DNA from: Calditrichota bacterium
GTDB taxonomy: Bacteria > Zhuqueibacterota > Zhuqueibacteria > Residuimicrobiales > Krinioviventaceae
Direction of reading: 5' to 3'
Assembly (NCBI GenBank): GCA_003818595.1
Contig: RPQV01000003.1
Location: 1 to 34,902 of the forward strand
DNA: 34,902 bases
The translations under genes and the position numbers were made by a program. A model generated the notes under the pieces. That model worked only from the letters and a program-made list of their open reading frames with translations. It was not told the DNA's origin and did not search any database. This document shows positions 1-9,277 of the stretch, piece by piece (the stretch's first letter is position 1; every line of letters starts with the position of its first letter).

Positions 1-716
1 AATTCCCAGGCGTCTGTTGCATAATATACCTTCACATCTTTGTAATTGCCGGCTTCATCAGGAGAAATGTCCACAGAACCAAGCAAATCGATTCCGGAAA
101 AGGACATTCGACTGCCATAATTGGACAAATTCATGCCGATGCGGAGTCCATTCTCGTTCTCCCCGGTCACCGAAAAGAAGGGAGTTTGAATCATCACCCC
201 GAGATCCAGCGCCAGCGCGTTGGCGCTGGTGTGCCAAATGGTTGAACGAATATATTTCACCGAGGCGCCGAATCCAAACCACTGCGCCAGTTTTCTTGCA
301 TAAGATAAAGAGACCGCATAGTCTCCGGCGTTAAAATATTCACCGGTTCCCTGCTGCATATCAACCGTTGTCACCTCCATTTCGCCATAATTGACGCCGA
401 TAAATCCGATGCCGATGGTTCCAATACGCGGCAAGACAAGCGCTGCCCCCGAGAAATAGGTGCTGATATCCACAATCCAGGGCTGAAATGTGAACATCAC
501 CTGATTCATTTCCATGAAGGACAAACCGGCCGGATTCCAGTAGATGGAAGAGACATCCTGGGCCAAACTCACATACGCATCGCCGACTCCGCTGGCCGCC
601 GGTCCATAGCCGATGCCCAAGAACTCGGCCGTCGTGGTGCCCACCCGTATCGGCGATTGCGTTCTGACGGCTGTTGAAAGGAGCACCAATATGAACAAAA
701 CACTATATATTTTCAT
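1..716 (-). CDS. PorV/PorQ-family outer-membrane beta-barrel protein (T9SS-associated); C-terminal part lies beyond the left window edge
   Basis: Missing from the ORF track because no stop lies inside the window. ATG at 716-714 follows GGGAG with a 7-nt spacer. I checked every in-frame triplet down to nt 3 and found no stop. Hand translation: MKIYSVLFILVLLSTAVRTQSPIRVGTTTAEFLGIGYGPAASGVGDAYVSLAQDVSSIYWNPAGLSFME... This is a signal peptide followed by the AxFLxIGxGxxAxGxGDAY ... IYWNPAGL N-terminal signature I associate with PorV/PorQ barrels. It starts 12 nt after the stop of the upstream gene. Confidence 0.7.
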   Translation of the reverse strand, partial: MKIYSVLFILVLLSTAVRTQSPIRVGTTTAEFLGIGYGPAASGVGDAYVSLAQDVSSIYWNPAGLSFMEMNQVMFTFQPWIVDISTYFSGAALVLPRIGTIGIGFIGVNYGEMEVTTVDMQQGTGEYFNAGDYAVSLSYARKLAQWFGFGASVKYIRSTIWHTSANALALDLGVMIQTPFFSVTGENENGLRIGMNLSNYGSRMSFSGIDLLGSVDISPDEAGNYKDVKVYYATDAWE

Positions 717-728
717 CGCTTTTCTCCC

Positions 729-3700
729 TTATTTAATCACCGCAAACTTGCCGGTTTTTTCTTTTCCCGTTGACCATGACTTGATATGATAAAGATAAAC
801 ACCGGCCGCAATTTCCAAATCCTCTTTGGTCAATAAATCCCAATAGGCCATTCCATTATCCTGAAAATTATCCACCTCGATGATGTCGATCAAATAACCG
901 CTCATGGTGAATATTTTGATGGTGCATTGCGACGGAATATGGGTGAACATGATCCGTCGCCGCTGATTGAGTTGATTGTTACGGACAGCGGGTTCCAACG
1001 TATTGGTGACAACATAGGGATTGGGCACCACTTTGATTTTATCCATATCCTCATCAGCCATTGGACCTTCAGAGATAGAATAATGAGGTACTTGGAAACG
1101 GAGCGTATCCGTCAAGGTGAACGGTGTCACGCATGAAACACGATACACTGAGCCCGGGGAAGGCAATTCACCTTCCAATGAACCGAGAAAATTAATACTG
1201 AACAGAGAGTATTGCCAGACTTTTCTGGCTCGTGCTGTATCCGTGTCGAGATAGGCGGCAAATATTTCGTCCTCCGCCATATCAAATTGGCTGTTGCCGT
1301 TCATGTCAATAGCTACGAGATCGAGCTTGAGAAAATCACCCTGATCGTCAAGATGAAGTTTATCTTCGACATAAAAAGGAAAAGACTGGCCGAGGAGATA
1401 TTGACCGACTTTGAGAGAAACGCCGGTGCCGGTATTTACGCGGCTGCGCTGATCGAGCCGTGAGGTGTAAAGCTCACTTTCATCAGTGAAAATGAGATCA
1501 AAAATATAGGGAAACGCCTGAAGGTTCTCCTTATAGACGGTTATATTCATATTGCCGCCGCCGGTGAACCAGCCGCTGTTGAGTGAATCCCAATAGGCTA
1601 ATCCCGTTTCTCCCAACGGTATGGTGAATGACGCCTGCAGACCATCAAAAATATCGCTTTCGATCGTCATATCCGTTGCCAATAATTTCCAGGTGATCAG
1701 ATCGCCATAATTGGGACCTGCGGTGGCATAAGTGACAATATGATTCTTGATAAATTTGCTTGTGTTTTCATAAAAAAGCAGCGAATCTTCGGTTTCATCA
1801 TAGATACGATAACCACTATTGACAAAATAGTGTCCCCACAGCGTTTGCTCCGGCTTTTTGCCGAACGTTTTCACGGTGTCTTCGTCAAATACCACTTTAT
1901 AGATGTGATTTTGTTTCAACGCTGTGGGATCGACAATGGACAGCGAAAAGAGCTCGGCCGGACCACTGATCAGGGCGTTGTCGTGCAGTGTCTGTACATT
2001 GGTTGCTGAAAATCCGGCGGCAACCGGCTTGGGCGTTGCAACCTGAACGTTCGGGCTCATGAAGATGATGCTTTCTGATTCATCAACCACCAGGGTGGGG
2101 ACATTTTCAGCCGGTGCGATGTTTTTCTCCCGCATGCCGTGGTCATACGCAGCCAAATAATAGTAATAGGTTTTGCCATTCTGCACATCCGTATCGATAT
2201 AATAATGTTGAACGCCGGTGTTGTTGCCGAGAAAGACGCCTTCACCCTCGACCAGCGCAAAATCAGTAAAGCCGAAATAGTCATTTTTGAGATCCCACTG
2301 CTGAATTGGTTTAAGTCCTGCCGGATTTCCGAATCCATCCCGCAGTTGCAGAGCATCTTCGAAAAAGCGTTCGGTGGAACGATAGAGTCTATAACCTTCA
2401 AAATCATTTGCTCCGCCGGCTAACGGTTCCCGGGTCAAGCGATCGGCGCGATCATCCCACGTCAGAATGACTTTGCCGTCCGCGGCAACGGCTTTAAGGG
2501 TGGGCATCTCCGGCGGCCGCGCGAAACGATAATCGCTCTCATAAATGATCTGCACCACTTTTTTGCGATCAAAGATCAGCGGCGCCCGTTTTTCCTTGGT
2601 CAATATTGCCAAATCTTCAAATGCCGCAATCGTCGCCATGGAAATGCGCTCGGTGCGGCCTTTATCCAATCGGAACGGACCCGTTCCAAAAGCCTGGTAA
2701 AGGTTATTGGGCTTGTCGTAATAATCATCCAGTATTTTATCGGTCAGTACATTGTAGCATTCTTTATCATGTGCCGGCGACGGAGGACCACCTTGAGGAT
2801 GCTGAAAAAGATGAAAAGACTGCAATCCCAACATGTCGGATTCAGAAACATCGGTCAAACCAAAGTTGGGTTCAGCACCCAGTCCTTCCAGCATATCAGG
2901 ACGATGATTGCACTCGGTTCCATCGGCATCGGGACTGTTGTAATTCAAATCTCCGGGTGCAACTCCGTCCAATCCGATGTCATCACCGGGATTCTCACCC
3001 GAATCATAAATGCCGTTGCCGTTTTTATCATCACCATCTTTCCAATCCTGATCTTCATCAGCATCCCAATGCGTTTTCAAATCGTCGACGCTTTTGACAT
3101 CGTAAAAACTGAGAAACTTGTTCATATCAGTGATGCCGTCTGCCGGGCCGATCAGCGTCGCCGCAAAGTTGTCGCGTTTTTCATCGGTTATACCGTCATC
3201 GTCATTATCCTTCAAATCATTTTGAACGCCGGGACTCTCGAGAAATGCAAATCCAAGGGTTCCCGCCGGATAGTTAAAGTTTCCAGTTCCATTGGTGTCC
3301 CAGCAAAACGACAGGTCAAGCTCATCATTGAAACTGCCGACATCATCTTCGCCGTCGCTGGTTTTGATGTAATGACCAATCCCCAAATCCATCATATATC
3401 CAAAAACCATACTGGGAAGATCATACTCGGAAATATTGGCAATGTTGTATTCCCAAAAAACAGCATCTCGCGTCTGCGGATTATCCCATTGATATCCTCT
3501 GACTTCGACCCGCAAACCGAGACCTCCCCAAGGCAATCCCTTCTGGGTGGTGACCGTGGGTCTTTTGTCGCCGATTTTCACATTTTTGACGATTTGTCCT
3601 GATCCGTCATACGTTCTTCGCGGAAAATATTTGATTTCCTTTTCCGGCTGCAGCCACTCCTGATCCTGAGCATCGTTCAGCACAAAATAAGTTTCCAGTT

Positions 3701-4271
3701 GGGCATACATCACCCCGCGCCCAAAACGGCCATTCCATTCTCCCGGCCATTTCAGTTGATCTCCTCGGCTTGGCCAGCCCATTGGCGGCCAACTATTCGG
3801 ATCCACGCTCATTGCCGGGCTTTCAGCCAGTTCATTAAAATAACCGAATACCGGAGTCAACGCCCAGCTGATTGTACCATCAGGCGCCGTCTCGGATCGG
3901 CTGTCCGCTTCTACGATCAACAGCGAGTCCAGATCAATTCTCGATGAGATCATCATTTCATCTGTCACCGGAATTGAATCGTTCTCGACAAAAACCTTGC
4001 CGCCGAGAATGACCGACAGACCATCATACATATCGATGCCTTGTTGGGAATTTCTCGGCCATTTTGAACCGTCCAAATAACCCCAATGTCCGGTAAATCC
4101 ACCGGAATTCACATAGAGTTGCCATCGGTTGCCATCCATGAGCGTCTCCCGCTCCGCAGCCGGATCTCCCGCCGGATCATCAGGTCCTTCATATAGGCGG
4201 CTTTGACCATTCAAAGACAGAGATACGACTGCAAGGGAAATAATAAAGAATCGTATAATAAATGATTTCAT
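729..4271 (-). CDS. Large secreted protein (~1180 aa) with Asp-rich calcium-binding-like repeats, an FN3-like segment and a T9SS C-terminal sorting domain; function unknown
   Basis: The ORF track gives 729..4289, whose start codon is TTG. I prefer the ATG at 4271 (AGGAG 9 nt upstream), which gives MKSFIIRFFIISLAVVSLSLNGQ, a signal peptide with no lipobox Cys. Asp-rich runs include DNDDDGITDE and DADEDQDWKDGDDKNGNGIYDSGENPGDDIGLDG. An FN3-like stretch is present (GKVILTWDD...FEGYRLYRS...KTYYYYLAAYD). The tail KVVPNPY...IKIFTMSGYLI...AAGVYLYHIKS...GKFAVIK fits the T9SS CTD pattern. I saw no HExxH or other catalytic motif. Confidence 0.8.
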   Translation of the reverse strand: MKSFIIRFFIISLAVVSLSLNGQSRLYEGPDDPAGDPAAERETLMDGNRWQLYVNSGGFTGHWGYLDGSKWPRNSQQGIDMYDGLSVILGGKVFVENDSIPVTDEMMISSRIDLDSLLIVEADSRSETAPDGTISWALTPVFGYFNELAESPAMSVDPNSWPPMGWPSRGDQLKWPGEWNGRFGRGVMYAQLETYFVLNDAQDQEWLQPEKEIKYFPRRTYDGSGQIVKNVKIGDKRPTVTTQKGLPWGGLGLRVEVRGYQWDNPQTRDAVFWEYNIANISEYDLPSMVFGYMMDLGIGHYIKTSDGEDDVGSFNDELDLSFCWDTNGTGNFNYPAGTLGFAFLESPGVQNDLKDNDDDGITDEKRDNFAATLIGPADGITDMNKFLSFYDVKSVDDLKTHWDADEDQDWKDGDDKNGNGIYDSGENPGDDIGLDGVAPGDLNYNSPDADGTECNHRPDMLEGLGAEPNFGLTDVSESDMLGLQSFHLFQHPQGGPPSPAHDKECYNVLTDKILDDYYDKPNNLYQAFGTGPFRLDKGRTERISMATIAAFEDLAILTKEKRAPLIFDRKKVVQIIYESDYRFARPPEMPTLKAVAADGKVILTWDDRADRLTREPLAGGANDFEGYRLYRSTERFFEDALQLRDGFGNPAGLKPIQQWDLKNDYFGFTDFALVEGEGVFLGNNTGVQHYYIDTDVQNGKTYYYYLAAYDHGMREKNIAPAENVPTLVVDESESIIFMSPNVQVATPKPVAAGFSATNVQTLHDNALISGPAELFSLSIVDPTALKQNHIYKVVFDEDTVKTFGKKPEQTLWGHYFVNSGYRIYDETEDSLLFYENTSKFIKNHIVTYATAGPNYGDLITWKLLATDMTIESDIFDGLQASFTIPLGETGLAYWDSLNSGWFTGGGNMNITVYKENLQAFPYIFDLIFTDESELYTSRLDQRSRVNTGTGVSLKVGQYLLGQSFPFYVEDKLHLDDQGDFLKLDLVAIDMNGNSQFDMAEDEIFAAYLDTDTARARKVWQYSLFSINFLGSLEGELPSPGSVYRVSCVTPFTLTDTLRFQVPHYSISEGPMADEDMDKIKVVPNPYVVTNTLEPAVRNNQLNQRRRIMFTHIPSQCTIKIFTMSGYLIDIIEVDNFQDNGMAYWDLLTKEDLEIAAGVYLYHIKSWSTGKEKTGKFAVIK

Positions 4272-4292
4272 GCCCTTCACTCCTATCAAAAA

Positions 4293-7004
4293 TTAAAAAG
4301 AAATGTTAAGACCACATTTTACCATTCTGGGTGAACTGTACATGGCCGGATTTTGATAAACGTCTTCATAGGTGGAAAACGAACTTCGATGGCCCAGTAT
4401 ATCAGTTTCCTGGACGACGGCGGTATAGGCGCGGCCGGTTTGTGAGTTAACCCATTCTTCATTAAGCCGGTCAAAAAGATTATAGACCAGCAGCGTCAGC
4501 CTGAGGTTCATACCGTAAATTTTGGCAATCTGGTAATAAGCATTAATATCGACACTGAATTGTAATGGACGATATTCGTTATTGGGAAACAAATTGATGG
4601 CCGATAAAGGGCTTTGAGGAATGGGATTCCACGTATATGGTTGTCCGGAATCAATATAACACAGCAGCGTACTTCCCCATCGTGGAGTGTTATAACCACC
4701 ATAGAGATTCAAAGTATGCCGTTGATCCCAGTTCATCGGAATCAGTTTGTTCACCGGATCCATTTCAGATCCGGCTCGCGTGAAGGACGAATATGGATTA
4801 TCGGCTATACCACGAGTGAATGCGAGAGTATAGTTAACCCCGGCCGAGATGAAATCCTGCCTAAATTCGTATTTTAATTCCAATCCTCTGGCATTGCCAT
4901 ATTCTTTATTGGTGAAAACACCATACCTGCGCTGATTATAGGTTGTAAAAACAGAGGCGGTCACCAAATCATAAATGTCCTTATACCAAACGGCAACCTC
5001 AAGGCTCATGCTGCGGCTCAACTGCTGATAAAGACCTACTTCGTATTGAATTGTTTTTTGTGGTTGAAGCTGGGCATTTCCAGTGGTCGTGGAAAAATCG
5101 GATGCGGCGATGCGAAAGGTGGAATTTTGATAATAATAGTTCAAGGGAGGCAGCTGCAAAAAATGGCCATAGGCAAATCGCAAAAGGGCCGATCCCCCCA
5201 GATCATAAGACAGGCCCAACCGCGGAGACACTTGATATTTGGAATCTGCCTCAGGATAGATGCTCATCCTTTCGCTCTCAACATAATAGTCCTGATTCGC
5301 GGGATTGCGATAATTGGAAGGATAGATTGTCTGCGGATCAAAATAGTCAAAGCGAACCCCAACATTGACGACCATCATATTGAATTCCATCTTGTCCTGT
5401 ATAAAATAGGCGCCATGAATGGGCTCAACCTGATATTCATCCGTGTGAATGCTTTCATTTGAATGAATAATCGGGCGATAATTGGGATAAATTCTTTTAC
5501 CATCCGGAGTTTCTATGTATTCATTTTCAATTCCTGATCCTTCGAAAGCATTGCGAATGGTATAGGCTTTTTGCGACAGTTCAATTTGATTGATATCAAA
5601 GCCTGTTTTTATGCTGTGTTGTTTGCTCACCTGCCAGGTTAAATCAACTTTTCCCGACAATTTTTTTTCGGTGCGATTCGAATGTGATTTATCCTGGCCG
5701 CCGGTATAAAACCAGGGTCCGTTATTACGATGATATTCATCATGAACATAGGCCGCTTCTAAAGGGTTTTCATAAAGATAATAGCCGGTCCAATAATCGG
5801 AATAGGATATTTTGGCATCGATAAAAGCCGCTTTTGAGAGGAGATAATTGATATTGAGAATGGCCAGTTGCGTTTCATTATGCCATGCAGGAACACCCGT
5901 CGGATTGAATCGATAAGCATGGCTGTAGCTTTTCCCTTCACCACTGTTCCACGTGCCTGATAAGGCCAATTTCAGATTATTGGTGGGTTTGAAAGTCAAT
6001 TTGGCAAAGGCGGAAATATTTTCATTCCAGCTCATATCAGTGATGGAACTATCACCGGAACTTTCGACGTGCCAGTTTTCAACATCTCTGGGGGTGAAAT
6101 CGCTGTAATCTGTGACATTAAAATAGCGTATACCATTAAGATAACCATCATCTTGATTCATCCGGACATTGACCACATAAAAGAGTTTACTTTTCCACAA
6201 TGGACCGACAATGGACGCTTTTAAATCGCTGATCCGATTGAATTCGCCCGCTTTCAGTCCGATATAAACATTATCATGAGGAGTCAGATAATTTCCATAT
6301 TGCAGAGATATGTTCCCTTTAATTGAGTTTCCACCCTCTTTTGTCACCACGTTGACCACGCCGCTCATGGCATCGCCATATTCTGCGTTAAAGGTTCCCG
6401 TGATCACCTCTACATCCTCAACAACCTCCGGATTGACGTTCGAGGTGGTCTGTTCATGGGAAAAGGCATCCGTAACGCTGACGCCGTCGATGAGATAGGT
6501 CACTTCATTGCTTCGTCCGCCGCGAAAATGGTTGCCGACGACGCCCGGCTGCATGGCCACAACCTCGTATACGCTTTCTGCAGGCAGAATTGAAATGTCT
6601 TCAGACGAAATGTTGCGTATCGAATTGGTCTGATCCTTTTTAATACTCATTTTTTCCGCCTGAACCGTTACCACCTCTCCTTCGATGACCTCGGGCTTGA
6701 GGCTGAAATCAATTCCAATAGTTCGATTGACAAATACGCGAACATTTTCGACGCGCATGGGAGCGTATCCCATCATTCTCGCTTCAATGGCATAGTTGCC
6801 GGGGATGATGTTGATGATATAGTAATCTCCCTGTAAATCAGTAGCAGCGCCTTGATGCGTTCCCACAAGTATGATATTGGCGCCGACCAGGGCTTCACCA
6901 GAGTCAGCATCTTTGACAGTACCTGATATTTTTCCAGTTGTTTGCGCGGACAGCGCAGAATAATAAATGATTATCATGATGAACAGCTGGTACCACCTTT
7001 TCAT
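4293..7004 (-). CDS. TonB-dependent outer-membrane receptor, SusC-like (CarboxypepD_reg domain + plug + barrel)
   Basis: The ORF track gives 4293..7019. The second Met (track position 7004) follows GGAGGAAAGG and gives the signal peptide MKRWYQLFIMIIIYYSALSAQ. GKISGTVKDADSGEALVGANIILVG is a carboxypeptidase-regulatory-like domain. A plug-like region follows (ISILPAESVYEVVAMQPGVV...RGGRSNEVTYLIDGV). The long barrel ends in ...GLNISF with a terminal Phe. Confidence 0.85.
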   Translation of the reverse strand: MKRWYQLFIMIIIYYSALSAQTTGKISGTVKDADSGEALVGANIILVGTHQGAATDLQGDYYIINIIPGNYAIEARMMGYAPMRVENVRVFVNRTIGIDFSLKPEVIEGEVVTVQAEKMSIKKDQTNSIRNISSEDISILPAESVYEVVAMQPGVVGNHFRGGRSNEVTYLIDGVSVTDAFSHEQTTSNVNPEVVEDVEVITGTFNAEYGDAMSGVVNVVTKEGGNSIKGNISLQYGNYLTPHDNVYIGLKAGEFNRISDLKASIVGPLWKSKLFYVVNVRMNQDDGYLNGIRYFNVTDYSDFTPRDVENWHVESSGDSSITDMSWNENISAFAKLTFKPTNNLKLALSGTWNSGEGKSYSHAYRFNPTGVPAWHNETQLAILNINYLLSKAAFIDAKISYSDYWTGYYLYENPLEAAYVHDEYHRNNGPWFYTGGQDKSHSNRTEKKLSGKVDLTWQVSKQHSIKTGFDINQIELSQKAYTIRNAFEGSGIENEYIETPDGKRIYPNYRPIIHSNESIHTDEYQVEPIHGAYFIQDKMEFNMMVVNVGVRFDYFDPQTIYPSNYRNPANQDYYVESERMSIYPEADSKYQVSPRLGLSYDLGGSALLRFAYGHFLQLPPLNYYYQNSTFRIAASDFSTTTGNAQLQPQKTIQYEVGLYQQLSRSMSLEVAVWYKDIYDLVTASVFTTYNQRRYGVFTNKEYGNARGLELKYEFRQDFISAGVNYTLAFTRGIADNPYSSFTRAGSEMDPVNKLIPMNWDQRHTLNLYGGYNTPRWGSTLLCYIDSGQPYTWNPIPQSPLSAINLFPNNEYRPLQFSVDINAYYQIAKIYGMNLRLTLLVYNLFDRLNEEWVNSQTGRAYTAVVQETDILGHRSSFSTYEDVYQNPAMYSSPRMVKCGLNISF

Positions 7005-7032
7005 CTGCCTTTCCTCCATTTTTATTTAATAT

Positions 7033-8856
7033 TTAATTCACAACCATTTTTTCCAGTTCGCCGATCATTATGCTATTCGGATGACTCTTTTTAAATTGAT
7101 TGAGAAATTCTTGCGCCTTTATAAAATTTTGCAATTTGATATTGACGGTGATGAGATCGATGACGAGTTTTTCATGATGAGGTGTTCTTTGTACGGCACG
7201 ATCAAATAGTTTTGCCGCATTTTCATAATCCCCTTTATCCATCAAAACTTCACCGGCCAATCGCGCGGCCTGGGGAATGAACTCTTGTTGTAGGCTTTTA
7301 TTCAAATGATCAAGTGCTTGTTCTTGATTTCCGCATCTTAAAAATGCCTTTGCCCGCCGGAGGTGAGTATACGCGTCAATAGGCGTCAGAAAAGGAATGA
7401 CCTCCAATTCTTTTGCAGCCTGTTCATTCCGATCAATTGAATCATAATATTCAGCCAGGCGAAGATGTGCCGCTGCAACATCCATCTCTTCGCGGATGAC
7501 CTGAAGTGCTAATATTTCTTCAGCAATACGCGGCTGAAAATTGCTGAGGAAAGAACGCTCTTTTTGGCTAAAAGGCCAACCTGACTTGATCTGCTTGATC
7601 ATCACATCGGCCAAAGTATTGTCGAGGGAGGTAAACGGCCATTCTTTTTCATACAACTCTGCCGGTAGAGATGACGCCGTCTGCCAGTTCTGCTGAATCA
7701 ATTCGACATCAACCATCGTCCGATAAAAGCCGTCCGCCATGAGAAAATATCCCTTTTTGTTGGGATGGAGATGGTCCGCCATGAGCTTGTTTCCAATCAC
7801 TTTATTTTCAGATTCATCTTCGAAATATTTGATCATGGGAACAACAAACGCATCATGCTGTTTCGCTGTTTGATGGATGATATCATTGAATTCCTCGGTC
7901 GCCCGAAAGCGAATTTGATCCTGATCTTTTGCAGCATAAAATGAGATTTGAGCCTGATCAATTTTTCCTGACTGCAAAAAAGATTGTGCCTGATCATACA
8001 AGTCTCGTGCAGCACTATGGTTGATATAATTTTCATCAAAGGGAGGCTGATCACCAACATTACTGACCAATTCGCTGATCAGTACCGGGACATGCCTTTG
8101 CTGGAAGGTGGAGAGAATCGCATTCAAGTTTGCCTTGAATGAGGCTGCTGTTTTCCGATAGATACGGCTATTCAAAGGAATCATCTGTTTGGTCGAAATT
8201 CTTTCCATCAAAGTTCCATCGGAAATGACAGAAAGTTTATTTCGGTAAAACAAATGATTGAACACATTTTTATAAAGCTGAAAAGTTCTTGTTTTGTTGA
8301 CCCATAATAAAGTCAAAACCAGCGGACGAGCCAGTCCTCCGGCTTCAAAAGAAGCAGCCCCCAGCGCTCCATAGAACTCGTTATGGCCGCAGTATATCAT
8401 GACGGCATCCGGCTCTTGAGCCATTATTTCATCAACAAAATTCAAAAGTGCAAAGCTGTTGATCGCCGTCAAAGAGGTGTTGATGACTTCTATGGTTCGA
8501 TCGGGAAAAGTATCCTGCAGGCGCGTCTGCAGAATCCTGGAGAACATCAGCAGATTGCCGTATGGAAATCCCAATGCGGTCGACTCGCCGAGGACAAAAA
8601 TTCGAAAACCATCGGCAGGTTTTTTCTGGTAAAATAAATCATTCGCAGGTGTGGGAATCGTCGTTTGGCGGCCAAAAAATCTTTTTCCAATTTGCGGATT
8701 TACTTTTTTAAAATCCGCAAAAGGCGCTCCGGCATTGATAAAGAGTTCCGGATAATCCCCATAGTCAATGATCTTTAAAACCCCCTCGCATGCGGCAAAA
8801 AAGAAAAAAGGCATTGGAATTATTAAAAACCAAAAAAGCACTCTTTTCCAATGCAC
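7033..8856 (-). CDS. Membrane-anchored SGNH/GDSL-family hydrolase with C-terminal TPR-like repeats
   Basis: GTG start at 8856 with GGAG 7 nt upstream. N-terminal TM helix VLFWFLIIPMPFFFFAA. SGNH blocks: FRIFVLGESTALG (block I Ser), MIYCGHNEF (block III) and ADHLHPNKKGY (block V DxxH). The C-terminal third has TPR-like helices (AEYYDSIDRNEQAAKELE, RRAKAFLRCGNQEQALDHLNKSL, MDKGDYENAAKLFDRAV). Confidence 0.75.
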   Translation of the reverse strand: MHWKRVLFWFLIIPMPFFFFAACEGVLKIIDYGDYPELFINAGAPFADFKKVNPQIGKRFFGRQTTIPTPANDLFYQKKPADGFRIFVLGESTALGFPYGNLLMFSRILQTRLQDTFPDRTIEVINTSLTAINSFALLNFVDEIMAQEPDAVMIYCGHNEFYGALGAASFEAGGLARPLVLTLLWVNKTRTFQLYKNVFNHLFYRNKLSVISDGTLMERISTKQMIPLNSRIYRKTAASFKANLNAILSTFQQRHVPVLISELVSNVGDQPPFDENYINHSAARDLYDQAQSFLQSGKIDQAQISFYAAKDQDQIRFRATEEFNDIIHQTAKQHDAFVVPMIKYFEDESENKVIGNKLMADHLHPNKKGYFLMADGFYRTMVDVELIQQNWQTASSLPAELYEKEWPFTSLDNTLADVMIKQIKSGWPFSQKERSFLSNFQPRIAEEILALQVIREEMDVAAAHLRLAEYYDSIDRNEQAAKELEVIPFLTPIDAYTHLRRAKAFLRCGNQEQALDHLNKSLQQEFIPQAARLAGEVLMDKGDYENAAKLFDRAVQRTPHHEKLVIDLITVNIKLQNFIKAQEFLNQFKKSHPNSIMIGELEKMVVN

Positions 8857-8990
8857 CCTTGTTCTCCAAAAAGTTAGAATTGATCAATGACAAAGATGAT
8901 TATTTGCTTGTTCAAAGCAACATAATTCTTTTTTTCACGTTAATCAACTTTATTATAAAAAATTTTTATCGATCTGTTTTGTCGAGAGAT

Positions 8991-9060
8991 GATTTTTATT
9001 GATTTTTTTATTATATATATATTATTAAATATATTAAGTATAAAGATATAGTATTAGTAG
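8991..9060. other. Extreme AT-rich tract (7 G/C in 70 nt); candidate DNA-unwinding element or promoter/UP region
   Basis: Direct count over gatttttattgatttttttattatatatatattattaaatatattaagtataaagatatagtattagtag. It lies in the 470-bp non-coding gap between sxtJ-like (stop 9328) and the SGNH gene (start 8856). Confidence 0.4.
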
Positions 9061-9142
9061 ATCGTGTGAATATGTTGATAAATGAATATTAAAAGAAAAA
9101 AAAAGGACAACTCGTTTAATTACAATGAAAATGAATCATTCT

Positions 9143-9166
9143 TTATCCACACAAGGATGTGAATAA
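9143..9166. promoter_or_regulatory. 24-bp imperfect palindrome, copy 1: TTATCCACA-CAAGGA-TGTGAATAA (two head-to-head DnaA-box-like 9-mers)
   Basis: Read directly. The left arm is a perfect DnaA-box consensus TTATCCACA. The reverse complement of the right arm is TTATTCACA, which fits TTATNCACA. Confidence 0.5.
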
Positions 9167-9277
9167 AGAGTTGATAAAGACAGGATTATGATATAAAGTG
9201 AATAGATAATGTGATAACACAGCCGGCAAGAAAGAAATCCACATGATATTGACAACTTTTCCCCTGTTAATCATGAC

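Noticed and set aside
17-334. ORFs 17..334 (+) and 58..282 (-) at the left edge
   Set aside because: They overlap the open minus-strand frame encoding the PorV/PorQ-like protein, which has a clear family signature. These are shadow frames.
2606-3602. Plus-strand ORFs of 163 and 277 aa (also 927..1136, 1212..1463, 1740..2009, 2139..2423, 3699..3947)
   Set aside because: All are antisense or out-of-frame shadows inside the 1180-aa T9SS cargo gene. None has an SD or a recognisable motif.
5944-5954. Third partial copy (TGTTCCACGTG) of the mnmG-flanking element
   Set aside because: Only 11 nt match, the second half-site is missing, and it lies inside the TonB-receptor coding sequence. Most likely chance.
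6955-7020. Apparent 1-nt inconsistency: my hand indexing puts the TonB-receptor ATG at 7020-7018 and an extra A near 6960, which would put the first 20 codons out of frame. The ORF track gives a continuous 908-aa ORF ending at 7019.
   Set aside because: Every other coordinate I checked agrees with the track (4293, 6310, 6498, 7033, 8856). The track protein is continuous and biologically sensible (signal peptide then CarboxypepD_reg). I treat this as my own reading or counting error rather than a frameshift or pseudogene. A machine re-translation of 6950-7020 would settle it.
8790-9002. 70-aa plus-strand ORF spanning the SGNH gene start and the AT-rich spacer
   Set aside because: It overlaps the SGNH N-terminus in antisense and runs into ~10% GC DNA. 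The Lys/Phe/Ile-rich product is typical of random AT-rich frames.
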